Below the pieces are notes generated by a model that was not told the DNA's origin, did not search any database, and saw nothing but the letters and a program-made list of their open reading frames with translations. A program made the translations under genes and the position numbers. A DNA stretch of 64,000 nt from Gemmatimonadota bacterium (GTDB taxonomy: Bacteria > Gemmatimonadota > Gemmatimonadetes > Gemmatimonadales > GWC2-71-9): NCBI GenBank assembly GCA_041691295.1, contig JBEPVA010000001.1:6008-70007 (forward strand). The letters run 5' to 3'. Below are positions 54,580 through 63,850 of this stretch, piece after piece. Positions within the stretch are counted from its first letter, which is position 1, and every line of letters begins with the position of its first letter.

Positions 54580-56420
54580 CGGTGACCGTAGGTGATGGCA
54601 CCCAGCACCACGGCCCCAGCGTAGAGCAACAGGGGCAGCAGGATGACCGCAAGCCATCCGAGTACTCCCCGGCGCGCTGCCACCTGCGGCTGACCGGCCA
54701 TTCTGGGGCCGCGACTGTGCAACTGGCGGTATATCACGGTCACCCAGAAAATCACGGTCAGGAACAGGATGAAATAACTCCAGCGGCCCAGCACGACTGC
54801 CACAATCCCCGGGCCCATCATCTCTGGTGGCGCCGCCGCCAGGTAGTCCGCCGCCTCGGCCGGCAACTCCGCCTTGGTCACGTCGAAATGGAGGCCGTCG
54901 AAGACATGCATGGCCGGAATGACTGGCGCGGCAATGCCGCCCGGCATCTCGGTCTGGGCTGGTGGCACCGGCTGGGTCTGATAGCTCGGATGGGTGGCCG
55001 GCATTTCGATGGGCGCCCGCACAAACAGGGTACCACCGAGTGCAATGGGATCGAATCCCATCGGCAACCGGAAACCGCCGCATCCCTGGGTCATCTCGAG
55101 GCCGGCCGGCGCCGAGGTGGAGAATTCGTTGCCGGTGAAGCAGTTGCCCCAGCTGCCAGGGCCGCCCAGGTGCAGGTCCGCGCGACCGGAGCGGAACACC
55201 CGGTTGTTGCGGACCACGTTGTTGGTCGCCCGCCAGAAGTTGCGGTCCATCATCGGGATGACCGCGATGCCATCGAGCGGATGATCGGCGACCACGTTGC
55301 GCTCGAAGGTGTCCGCCACCGACCCGACGGCCAGGATGCCGCTACCAAAGGCGATCGACGGCAGCGGTGCCGCGGGCGCATTCCGGTTGGCTTTGTTGAC
55401 GATCAGGTTGGCGGCAAAAACCGCCTCCCGCTGGGGCGGCACCAGCTCGATGTCGAGTGAGCTCGGCACGATCCCGACCCGATTGTTGCGCCAGATCGAA
55501 CTGACCACGTACATCTGGCCGCCCGAATTGGTTCCTGAATACCCCAACGCATTATGCTCCGCCACCACTCGGCGGACCACGATCCGGCAGGGGTAGCACT
55601 CGCCGATGTAGAACCCGGAATCGGGGGAGCCCGACGCGTAGGAGTCCTCGAACAGGCCATCGGTGGCGCCGAAGGCGTACACGCCGTAGTCGCCGTTGTT
55701 GTAGGCGGTGAGCCAGGAACCGCGGAACCCGGTGACCCCGGTCCAGTAGAAGCCGTTGAGCACCGCGTTGCGGGCCGTCATGTTCTCGACCGCCACCGCA
55801 TCGGCGTAGACGGCAATTCCGTTGCCCCGAACAAATTCGCCATCGACGATGGTGGCGTTGCGGCTTTCTCCCCGGATCACGATCGAGGGGGTGGTGACCG
55901 TTACTTCTTCTTTATAGACGCCAGGGGCGATGAGGATGAGGTCGCCGGGGTTGGCGGCGTCCACCGCGGCCTGGATCGTGGGATAGTCCTTCGGTACATG
56001 ACGGGTGATACCACTCGCCACGGCCACCGGCGTGAGAGCGCCACCGCGAGGCCCCGGGTGGTAGGATACGTCGCCCACCACCACGACGCCGGCCATCCCT
56101 TTTCCATCCCTGGTCCCGTGGTAACTGCAGTAGTACTGGTACACCCCCGCCCTGGGAAACCGTGCCGACACCTCGGCGCCGACCGGTATGTCATTGCCGT
56201 TGGCGCCTTCAATGTGCCAGCTGCTGTCCGCCGCCATGACATTGTGAACTACATGACCGACGTGCATCCAGCGGACCAGTCCGTTCTCCGGTATCCGGAT
56301 GACCGAGGCGGAGAAGCTGTTGTCGTAGATCGAGACGAAGTTGCCGCCGCTGCGGTCGGCAGGTGCACCGCAGGATGCGAGCAGGGCCAGCAGAAGGGGC
56401 AGGAATCGACGAACGGTCAT
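54576..56420 (-). CDS. cupredoxin - NosD-like beta-helix - TM fusion lipoprotein
   Basis: Leader MTVRRFLPLLLALLASC. Type-1 Cu ligand pattern (HVVHNV ... YYCSYHG....GM). Central parallel beta-helix repeats. Two C-terminal TM helices. Confidence 0.8.
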   Translation of the reverse strand: MTVRRFLPLLLALLASCGAPADRSGGNFVSIYDNSFSASVIRIPENGLVRWMHVGHVVHNVMAADSSWHIEGANGNDIPVGAEVSARFPRAGVYQYYCSYHGTRDGKGMAGVVVVGDVSYHPGPRGGALTPVAVASGITRHVPKDYPTIQAAVDAANPGDLILIAPGVYKEEVTVTTPSIVIRGESRNATIVDGEFVRGNGIAVYADAVAVENMTARNAVLNGFYWTGVTGFRGSWLTAYNNGDYGVYAFGATDGLFEDSYASGSPDSGFYIGECYPCRIVVRRVVAEHNALGYSGTNSGGQMYVVSSIWRNNRVGIVPSSLDIELVPPQREAVFAANLIVNKANRNAPAAPLPSIAFGSGILAVGSVADTFERNVVADHPLDGIAVIPMMDRNFWRATNNVVRNNRVFRSGRADLHLGGPGSWGNCFTGNEFSTSAPAGLEMTQGCGGFRLPMGFDPIALGGTLFVRAPIEMPATHPSYQTQPVPPAQTEMPGGIAAPVIPAMHVFDGLHFDVTKAELPAEAADYLAAAPPEMMGPGIVAVVLGRWSYFILFLTVIFWVTVIYRQLHSRGPRMAGQPQVAARRGVLGWLAVILLPLLLYAGAVVLGAITYGHR

Positions 56421-56470
56421 GATCATCCTTTCGAGTTCGATTCGATTTGCCGAAGATCAACGCGGTGGCA

Positions 56471-56500
56471 CGCAGTTAAATGCAGTTAAACACAGATAAA
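56471..56500 (-). promoter_or_regulatory. three tandem 10-bp repeats upstream of the cupredoxin/NosD-like operon
   Basis: cgcagttaaa tgcagttaaa cacagataaa, one helical turn apart, 45-75 nt upstream of the start codon. Confidence 0.3.
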
Positions 56501-56527
56501 CGCAGGAACAATTGGCGGCCTGCGTTT
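56498..56527 (-). terminator. hairpin terminator candidate after the amidohydrolase gene
   Basis: Stem aaacgcagg/cctgcgttt (9 bp) with a 12-nt loop. T-rich sequence follows on both strands. Confidence 0.5.
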
Positions 56528-56582
56528 TGTCGGGATTGCTTTCTCCGGAACCATGCTATTGATCCGCCCCCAGCTGGAGGGA

Positions 56583-56665
56583 GCCTTTTCGCTTTTCGCT
56601 TTTCGCTTTTCGCTTTTCGTTGTTCGCCCTCTCACCTCTTACCTCTTACCTCTCACCTTTTACGA
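56583..56665 (-). repeat. composite heptamer tract (GTGAGAG family then GAAAAGC family on the sense strand), overlapping a stop codon
   Basis: The plus strand reads CTTTTCG x4-5, then ccctctc acctctt acctctt acctctc. Positions 56626-56656 are 29/31 identical (as reverse complement) to 25522-25552. Confidence 0.8.
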
Positions 56666-57965
56666 TCACCCCACCCTTCATCACAAACCCCATCCCCATC
56701 ATCCGGTGCAGATCGGCCAGCGCGTCGCCATCGACCGCAATGATGTCAGCAAACTTGCCGGCTGTGATCGAGCCGACCCGGTCATCCCACCTCATCAGAC
56801 GCGCGGCGTCGAGAGTGGCGGACTGGATAGCCTGCATCGGCGTCATGCCGTACTTCACCATGTAGGGCAGCTGCGCCGCGTTGAGCCCGTGGGGATACAC
56901 TCCGCTGTCGGTTCCGTAGGCGATGTGAATGCCCAGCGCCACGGCCTTGCGGAATGCGACACGCTGGGTCTCGGTGGTTTCCCGGTTCTTGCGCAGGATC
57001 TCGGCCGGCCAGTGATCGCGGGTGCCGACCGAATCGATGTAGTCGCCGTTGTAGATATCGGCCACCAGCCAGGTGCCGTGCTCCTTCATCAGGGCCAGCG
57101 CTTCGTCATCGGCCAGTGAGCCGTGTTCGATCGAGCGGACTCCGGCCCGGACCGCCCGCTTGATACCCTCCGGGCCGTGGGCATGGGCCGCCACGAAGGT
57201 TCCGTAGTTGGCCGCTTCATCTACCGCGGCCTTGATCTCTTCTTCGGTGAACTCCGGCGCTCCGGGCTGAGTTCCGGCGGCAAGCACTGCCCCGGTCGCG
57301 ATGACCTTGATGAAATCGGCGCCGCCATTGAGCAGCTCCCTGACCCGCTGCCGCACCTCCGGCACCGAGTTGGCCACCCCTCGTCGCATATCGGCGGGAA
57401 GAATGACATCGGGCGCGAGGCCGGTCACCTCGCCCCCGCCGCTAGAGACCGTGATGTAGGCCCCGGCCACCTTCATCCGTGGTCCGATGACCGTACCGTC
57501 GTTGATCGCATCACGGAGCGCAACGTCGACAAAGGCTCGATAGGTGCCGACATCCCGAACAGTGGTAAACCCGGCCAGCAGTGTGGACCTGGCATGCTGG
57601 ACGCCGAGAAAGGCGTACTGGGCTTCGGAATAGAGCAGCGGGTCGGCCACATTGGAGGTCTCGACGACGTCAGCCAGATGGGTGTGGCAGTCGATCAGCC
57701 CGGGCAAGACCGTGGAGTTGGACAGGTCGATGACCTTGGCGCCCTTCGGAATCGGCGCTGAGCCCGGCTGGACCGATTCGATCCGTTCGCCGCGGATCAG
57801 GATGACCTGGTTCTGAATGACGGTGCCGTGCTCGACATCGACCAGTCGGCCGGCTCTGATCGCGATCAGCGGCTGGGGCGTGGTCTGGGCACCGGCAACT
57901 ACAACAGACAACGCGGAGGCGCTGAGGACGCAGAGGGCGCGGAGGGCAGATTTGATGCGGTTCAT
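56646..57965 (-). CDS. secreted amidohydrolase family protein
   Basis: Signal peptide. Motifs LIDCHTHL, AAHAHG, AYGTDSG, and the amidohydrolase fold. Confidence 0.85.
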   Translation of the reverse strand: MNRIKSALRALCVLSASALSVVVAGAQTTPQPLIAIRAGRLVDVEHGTVIQNQVILIRGERIESVQPGSAPIPKGAKVIDLSNSTVLPGLIDCHTHLADVVETSNVADPLLYSEAQYAFLGVQHARSTLLAGFTTVRDVGTYRAFVDVALRDAINDGTVIGPRMKVAGAYITVSSGGGEVTGLAPDVILPADMRRGVANSVPEVRQRVRELLNGGADFIKVIATGAVLAAGTQPGAPEFTEEEIKAAVDEAANYGTFVAAHAHGPEGIKRAVRAGVRSIEHGSLADDEALALMKEHGTWLVADIYNGDYIDSVGTRDHWPAEILRKNRETTETQRVAFRKAVALGIHIAYGTDSGVYPHGLNAAQLPYMVKYGMTPMQAIQSATLDAARLMRWDDRVGSITAGKFADIIAVDGDALADLHRMMGMGFVMKGGVIVKGER

Positions 57966-58004
57966 GGGCAGATCGGCTTCCCGTGGCTATTCAATAGTCA
58001 GTGA

Positions 58005-58046
58005 CCCTCGACCCTCGACCCTCGACCCTCGACTCTAGACTCTACA
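58005..58046 (-). repeat. heptamer tandem repeat CCCTCGA x4 + CTCTAGA + CTCTACA (GTCGAGG family on the sense strand)
   Basis: Overlaps the TAG stop (58042-58044) of the DUF3565-like gene. Confidence 0.85.
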
Positions 58047-58230
58047 CTCCGCCACAGAGCCGACATTCCAGCTCCATCCCAATCTTGCCGTCGCGCCCAT
58101 CCGGCGTGGTGACCCATTCCCGAACCTGCCACGGCGGATCGTGCCTCACGTGCTGGTTGTGGCCACACTCAAGCTCAGCCACCCACTGTTGCTCGGCATC
58201 GAGATGAAACCCGGTGATTTTCCGGCGCAT
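58042..58230 (-). CDS. DUF3565-like small protein
   Basis: 62 aa from the internal ATG 58230. WVAELECGHNQHVRHDPPWQVREWV...ELECRLCGG matches the family pattern. Confidence 0.6.
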   Translation of the reverse strand: MRRKITGFHLDAEQQWVAELECGHNQHVRHDPPWQVREWVTTPDGRDGKIGMELECRLCGGV

Positions 58231-58236
58231 AGCTAT

Positions 58237-58272
58237 TCGCCCGTCTCGCCCGTCTCGCCCGTCTCGCCTGTC
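58237..58272 (-). repeat. 9-nt tandem repeat TCGCCCGTC x4
   Basis: Fills nearly the whole 49-bp spacer between the upstream stop (58280) and the DUF3565-like start. Confidence 0.8.
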
Positions 58273-58279
58273 CTCCCCC

Positions 58280-60811
58280 TCACTCCGCCCTATCCGCAAA
58301 CACCTTCCGCGCCACCGTCAGCTGGACCTGCACCTTGTCCCGTTCGATCTCGCTATTGAACTCGGGATACCGCTTGACCCCTTCGATCAACCGGTCGATC
58401 CAATCACGAAAAAAGGCCGCGTCAGCCTTTGACCGGATAAGCTGACCGCCGACAAAGAGATAGATTGGACTGGTGGTCCCGTAGGGATAGACATCCAGCA
58501 CTGGAAAGCGAACGCTGTCCCCGATGGCCCGGACCAGGTACCAGCCGCTCCCGGTAACCGGCAGGACCACGGTGCCGCGGAACCGCATCCTGGAACCGGT
58601 GAGTGGAAATGTGGCCACCACCTTCCCGTTCCCCACGATTTCGAGCCGCTCGACCGGGACGTACGACGTCAACGAAACTCGGGCGACGACCGACCTGGTG
58701 CTGGCGTCAACCTTGACATCACTGCCGATCGGCTGACCATTGAGCGCAAAGTCGAGCAACGGCCCATTGGTGGCAAAGGTACGGCCCGCGGTGAGTCCCG
58801 CATAGAACCGGTCCCGATCGAGCCCGCCAGGTCCCGCCTTTACATAAACCCGATCCATCCCGACCGGTCCTCGCATGCTGGCATAGTTGGCCATCGCGTC
58901 GGTACCCGCGCCCGCCGGCAGCTTGAAGCCGCAGTTGAGCGCCTTGTACCAGATCACGGCGTTCGCCATGTAGTCGTCGACGAAGCCCAGGGCCTCGAAA
59001 TAGTCGATCTTGCCGAGGGCCAGGTCGGCCGGGAACTCGTCCTTGAGTGCGACCGTCGTGTCGGCCGGATCGATGGGACCGTCGAACGGATGCACATACC
59101 CCGTGATTCCACCCTGCGCCCTGGCCTGATCATGTACCTCGGCGTTGGTGGGCCAGAGACTCGAAGCGGCGGTATGGGTGTAACCCGCGTAGCCAGGCAG
59201 GATGATGTTGTGGCGCAGGCCGAGCAGGCCGGTGTGTCCCCAGTAGCTGGTGTGGTACTCCTGATCGTGCAGGATCAGCGTCTCAGGATCGGAAACCTTA
59301 TCGGGCTTGCCGGTGAACAGCTCGATGTCCGGCACCCGGCCTTCCTTGTTGACGATCAGGTCCTCGACGACATGGAGATCCTCCGCCTTGGCCTGGAGTG
59401 CCAGGTGGCCAGCCGTATTGTGATACCAGCCGCCGTAGTTCATGTGGACGTGCAGGTCGCCACCATACCACCCGAGGGCGGGAAGGTTGGTGAGGCGGCG
59501 AAGCCGGATCGAAAGCAGCCTGGGGCTGGTACCGATTTCGATTGTGCCGCGCGCGGGGACATACTCCGGGCCGCGCGATATCTCGTACTGATAGTGGCCG
59601 GCCGGCAGGGAAATTCTGGCGGTGCCGGTGGTGTGGAAGTAGCCGTACTCCATCTGCTGGGTCCTGGGGTCGGAACTGTCATCGGCGTGGCGCCAGGCAT
59701 CGTCGGGCACCCAGCTCCGTCCGTTGGCGCCAAGCAATGATACGCGCGCAGGGGTCGGCTTCCCGGTCGCCGCATCCACCACAATAAGCGATAGCAAGGT
59801 GTGCGGCTGCAGGAACCGGCGCTCCTTGATCACGAGCGTGTCGATCCGCCCGCCTGGAACCGTCACGAATCGGAGGGAGGTGTTCCCCTCCTCGTTGCCA
59901 ATGAAGCCGATCTTCGTCCCGTTAGGAGACCAGCGCGGATTCACGGCGTCGAATTCGCCGAAGGTCAGCTGAAACGGGTTGAGGCCCGTGGCAGGCATGA
60001 TCCAGAGCTGGTGCCATTGCCGCCCCTGGTAGGAGGCGTACACAATCCGGCCATCCCGCGCCCAATCGGGATGGGTCCGCCAGTTGGTTTCCTCGTCGTG
60101 GACCAGGCTCAGCTCGGCACCACTATCGGCCTTCATCCGCCAGAGTGCACCGGTGCCCCAGATGTGCCCCTGATTGGAGACGACCAGCAGCTCCTTGCCG
60201 TCGGGCGACCAGGCCGGCGACAGGTAGTGGTCATACACGCTGTAGTAGTACCTGGGCAGGGTGCTGTCATGGCGGTCGGTCAGGCGGACAGGCGGGCGGG
60301 CGGACCGATCGGCCAGGTAGATGTGCCAGCGGCCTTCGAACAGGGTGGAGACGTACACGATCTGCGTGCCATCCGGTGACCAGCGCGGCTCGACATTGAC
60401 CGCGCCGTTCTCAACCAGCGCCGAGTCCTGGCCATTGGTCAGATCGAGCAGCCGGAGACTCATGGTCTTGCCGTCGTATCGCACGAACACCACGCGTCTC
60501 CCGTCGGGTGACCAGTCCGGCTGATAGTCGTAGCCAGGCCCGTCGCTGAGTTGGAGGGCCGTCGTGGTGCCAACCTTCTGCCGCCACAACGTCCCCTGCA
60601 TCGAGTAGATGATCTCGGTCCCGTCCGGCGACCAGGCCAGGGCACTCGGACCACTGGTGGCCTGGGGGAGATACATCTCGCGGAAGTAATAGGGGTGCGG
60701 GACCTTGATTTGCGGAAGCACGTAGGCGCGCTGCCCGTGAGCCACCGCGGGAAACAACCACAGCAGCAGGCCGCAGAAGCACGCGGACGAGCGCGGACCG
60801 ATCAGTCTCAT
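58280..60811 (-). CDS. PD40/TolB-like beta-propeller fused to a PHP/CehA-type metallohydrolase domain
   Basis: Signal peptide MRLIGPRSSACFCGLLLWLFPAVAHG. PD40 repeats (WSPDGTEIIYS, WSPDGRRVVFV, WSPDGTQIVYV, WSPDGKELLVV, WSPNGTKIGFI). GGDLHVHMNYGG block. Confidence 0.8.
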   Translation of the reverse strand: MRLIGPRSSACFCGLLLWLFPAVAHGQRAYVLPQIKVPHPYYFREMYLPQATSGPSALAWSPDGTEIIYSMQGTLWRQKVGTTTALQLSDGPGYDYQPDWSPDGRRVVFVRYDGKTMSLRLLDLTNGQDSALVENGAVNVEPRWSPDGTQIVYVSTLFEGRWHIYLADRSARPPVRLTDRHDSTLPRYYYSVYDHYLSPAWSPDGKELLVVSNQGHIWGTGALWRMKADSGAELSLVHDEETNWRTHPDWARDGRIVYASYQGRQWHQLWIMPATGLNPFQLTFGEFDAVNPRWSPNGTKIGFIGNEEGNTSLRFVTVPGGRIDTLVIKERRFLQPHTLLSLIVVDAATGKPTPARVSLLGANGRSWVPDDAWRHADDSSDPRTQQMEYGYFHTTGTARISLPAGHYQYEISRGPEYVPARGTIEIGTSPRLLSIRLRRLTNLPALGWYGGDLHVHMNYGGWYHNTAGHLALQAKAEDLHVVEDLIVNKEGRVPDIELFTGKPDKVSDPETLILHDQEYHTSYWGHTGLLGLRHNIILPGYAGYTHTAASSLWPTNAEVHDQARAQGGITGYVHPFDGPIDPADTTVALKDEFPADLALGKIDYFEALGFVDDYMANAVIWYKALNCGFKLPAGAGTDAMANYASMRGPVGMDRVYVKAGPGGLDRDRFYAGLTAGRTFATNGPLLDFALNGQPIGSDVKVDASTRSVVARVSLTSYVPVERLEIVGNGKVVATFPLTGSRMRFRGTVVLPVTGSGWYLVRAIGDSVRFPVLDVYPYGTTSPIYLFVGGQLIRSKADAAFFRDWIDRLIEGVKRYPEFNSEIERDKVQVQLTVARKVFADRAE

Positions 60812-60924
60812 GATTTGGCGCCAAACGCCGGTCGTTTCAATGGTTGACAGGTAAATGAACTGGCTTGCCAACTCAGCATGACCAGCCAACCTTCAAGGCC
60901 ACGCCTTCCCACCCTCATATCCAG

Positions 60925-62322
60925 ATGAAAATGCTGACCAGAAAAGTCTCCGCAATCCTCTGCGTCCTTTGCGCCTTGGCGGTGCCGGTTGCCTTTGCCC
61001 AGACCGCAATCGGAACCCAGTACAAGGAAACAGCCGACCGGATCATCAAGGCCGCCCAATCGGATAGCGCGGCCTGGAACCGCCTTGCCCTGATGACTGA
61101 CACCTTCGGTAACCGGATCAGCGGCTCTGTCGCTCTGGAGCGGACCATCGACTGGGTGCTGGCCCAGATGAAAGCGGATGGCCTGGCCAATCCGCGCACT
61201 GAGCCGGTCATGGTCCCCCACTGGGTCCGCGGGCATGAATCCGCCGAACTGATTCAGCCGCGCCCCAAGCCGCTGCCAATGCTGGGACTGGGCGGCAGCG
61301 TGGCTACGCCCAGGCAGGGCATTACCGCCGAGGTGCTGGTGGTCAGCAGCTTCGACGATCTCACCGCTCATGCGGTCGATGCCAGGGGCAAGATCGTGCT
61401 GTTCGATGTGCCCTTCACCGAGTACGAACAGACGGTGGCCTATCGCTGGGGCGGCGCATCCGCTGCCGCCAAGGTGGGTGCCGTGGCCAGCCTGGTCCGC
61501 TCGGTCGGGCCTGCCAGCATAGCGTCACCCCATACCGGCGGCATGGGCTACGATTCCACCGCCGCGAAGATTCCCACCGCCGCACTGACGGTCGAAGACG
61601 CCATGATGCTGCACCGGATGCAGAATCGTGGCGACAAGATCGTGATCCACCTGACCATGGAAGCCCGCACCCTGCCTGATGCCCCGTCACGCAATGTCAT
61701 GGCCGAGCTGGTGGGGCGCGAGCACCCGGATCAAGTCGTGGTGCTGGGCGGTCACATCGACAGCTGGGACGTCGGTCAGGGTGCCATGGACGATGGCGAC
61801 GGGCTCGTGGTCTCCTGGGAGGCCCTCAAGCTGCTCCAGAAACTCGGCCTCCACCCTCGCCGGACCATCCGGGTAGTCGGCTGGACCAACGAGGAGAATG
61901 GCACCCGTGGCGGCACGGCCTATCGCGATGCCCGCGGCGCCGACGTCGACAAACATGTCCTGGCCATCGAATCCGACGGCGGCACCTTCAAGCCCGTGGG
62001 CTTCGACTTCGTCGGCAGCGATTCGGCCTTTGCCATACTGCAGCAGGTCATGCACCTGCTGGCACCAGTCGGCGCCGACAGCATCGTCAAGGGCGGCGGC
62101 GAGGCGGACGTCGGCCCGCTGCTGGAACGGGGCGTACCCGGACTCGGCCTCCGTACCGATCCCACCCGGTACTTCTGGTATCATCACACCAACGGCGACA
62201 CGATGGACAAGCTGGATCCGGCGGACATGGCCAAGGATGTCGCAGTGATGGCCGTCATGGCCTACATCGTGGCCGACCTGCCGGAGGCGCTGCCGCGGGG
62301 AGCACCGCCAGCCTCTCGCTAA
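60925..62322 (+). CDS. M28 family metallopeptidase, secreted
   Basis: Leader MKMLTRKVSAILCVLCALAVPVAFAQ. Zn-ligand blocks GGHIDSWDVGQGAMDDGDG, NEENG, YHHTNGD. Confidence 0.85.
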   Translation: MKMLTRKVSAILCVLCALAVPVAFAQTAIGTQYKETADRIIKAAQSDSAAWNRLALMTDTFGNRISGSVALERTIDWVLAQMKADGLANPRTEPVMVPHWVRGHESAELIQPRPKPLPMLGLGGSVATPRQGITAEVLVVSSFDDLTAHAVDARGKIVLFDVPFTEYEQTVAYRWGGASAAAKVGAVASLVRSVGPASIASPHTGGMGYDSTAAKIPTAALTVEDAMMLHRMQNRGDKIVIHLTMEARTLPDAPSRNVMAELVGREHPDQVVVLGGHIDSWDVGQGAMDDGDGLVVSWEALKLLQKLGLHPRRTIRVVGWTNEENGTRGGTAYRDARGADVDKHVLAIESDGGTFKPVGFDFVGSDSAFAILQQVMHLLAPVGADSIVKGGGEADVGPLLERGVPGLGLRTDPTRYFWYHHTNGDTMDKLDPADMAKDVAVMAVMAYIVADLPEALPRGAPPASR

Positions 62323-62395
62323 CCCGGCGGCGGGCCGTACGGGCATCGGCGCTGGCAGGTCAGCAGGGGCGCAGCCGCGAGGCGTACGGACGGGG

Positions 62396-63850
62396 TCAGC
62401 TGGGGCGTAGCCCCTGTGACCCGCCACTGCCGCCCCGCCGCATCGCCCGCCAATACAACACCCCTCCCAACGCCACGAAAAACAGCGCGCCGCCAGCCAC
62501 CTTGAGCTCGAACAGCACCACGCTCGGCGTATCGGAGGGTGGGACCATCGCCACGACCATGGCCAGGATGGTGAGCAGCAGCCCCGATCCAGCCACCAGC
62601 CAACGCTTGACAGGGCCGGCGGTCGAGCTCGAATGCAGCCGGGTGAACTTGAGGTACGCGAGGAACATGTAGATGTAGGGAATGAAATAGATCAGCAACA
62701 TCGTATCGAGCACGATCAGGTACGCCTTTTCGACCGTCGTTCCCTTCCCCAGCACCGACACGAACAGCACCACGGTCGCAAACAGTGCCTGGATCAGGAT
62801 GGCCATGTACGGCGTCTTCCATTTGGGGTGGATCTTTCCGAACGCCGGCGGGAAATACCGATCGAGCCCGATCATCAGCGCCACCCGAGCCGGGCCGGCC
62901 AGCCAGGCCCCGATTCCCCCGATATTGCCGATCACCACCAGCGCCGCGCACGCCGCCGCCAGCCAGCCGGCCGCGATCCCGACCTTGCTGGCACCGGCAC
63001 CAATCGCCTGTAATGCCCCTGAGACGATATTTACGTCGTGGCTCGGCACCAGAATCAGCACCGATATGGTTCCGGCGATGTACAGCACCAGGATAAAGGG
63101 TGCCGCGATCAGGATCGACCGGCGCAATGTCCTGCTCGGGTCGAGGGTCTCCCCAGCCATGACTCCCGCCAACTCCAGCCCGGCAAACGCAAAGGCGATC
63201 GAGGCCCACAGATTGATCTCGGAGAAGTTGCCGAGGTCAGGCACCAGGTTCTTGAGGTGCAGCGGCGTGGCACTGGGCCCCAGGGTCAGGGCATAGAGGC
63301 CGAGCCCGATCAGGATGAAGCCCGGGATGAAGGTGCCGAATGCGCCGATATTCTGGAGCCATTTGCCAGTGCTGACTCCCACGATGTTGATCGCCACGGC
63401 AAACCAGAGGATGCCAAGCGTCATCGGGAGCACGTAGGACCAGCTGGACGCGAGGGGGCTGTCTCCCTTGCCGATGGCAAAGGTGGCAATGACCGCGGTC
63501 GCCATCAGGATGTTGGGCGGGTACAGGACGTTGTTGACCCAGTAGCACCAGCCGCAGAGAAATCCGTGGCCCTCGCCGTAAGCCCGCTTGGTCCAGGCGT
63601 AGATCCCGCCGGCATCGGGGTAGCGGGTGGAGAGTTCGCTGACCGCCAGCCCCTGGGGAATGAAAAAGAACAGAGCGGCCAGGATCCAGAGCGTAATCGA
63701 ACTCGGTCCCGCCGCCCCGGCCGTCGCCAGCCACCGGAGGCTGACCACGGCAACGATATGGAAGAGAACGAGGTCCCGCAGGGTCAGGCTTCGGATCAGT
63801 CCCGGTGCGGTGATGGCGCCGGTCGGTTGCGGCTCTGCGAGTTGGCTCAT
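62396..63850 (-). CDS. APC superfamily amino-acid permease
   Basis: 484 aa with ~12 TM helices and an APC-like N-terminal block. Confidence 0.8.
   Translation of the reverse strand: MSQLAEPQPTGAITAPGLIRSLTLRDLVLFHIVAVVSLRWLATAGAAGPSSITLWILAALFFFIPQGLAVSELSTRYPDAGGIYAWTKRAYGEGHGFLCGWCYWVNNVLYPPNILMATAVIATFAIGKGDSPLASSWSYVLPMTLGILWFAVAINIVGVSTGKWLQNIGAFGTFIPGFILIGLGLYALTLGPSATPLHLKNLVPDLGNFSEINLWASIAFAFAGLELAGVMAGETLDPSRTLRRSILIAAPFILVLYIAGTISVLILVPSHDVNIVSGALQAIGAGASKVGIAAGWLAAACAALVVIGNIGGIGAWLAGPARVALMIGLDRYFPPAFGKIHPKWKTPYMAILIQALFATVVLFVSVLGKGTTVEKAYLIVLDTMLLIYFIPYIYMFLAYLKFTRLHSSSTAGPVKRWLVAGSGLLLTILAMVVAMVPPSDTPSVVLFELKVAGGALFFVALGGVLYWRAMRRGGSGGSQGLRPS

Noticed and set aside
44821-58037. 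The exact 18-nt inverted match (44821-44838 versus 58020-58037) as the ends of a 13-kb invertible or composite element.
   Set aside because: The interval holds ordinary chromosomal genes of host-like composition. Both ends are members of a dispersed heptamer-repeat family, each attached to its own gene's stop codon. This is better explained as two independent element copies.
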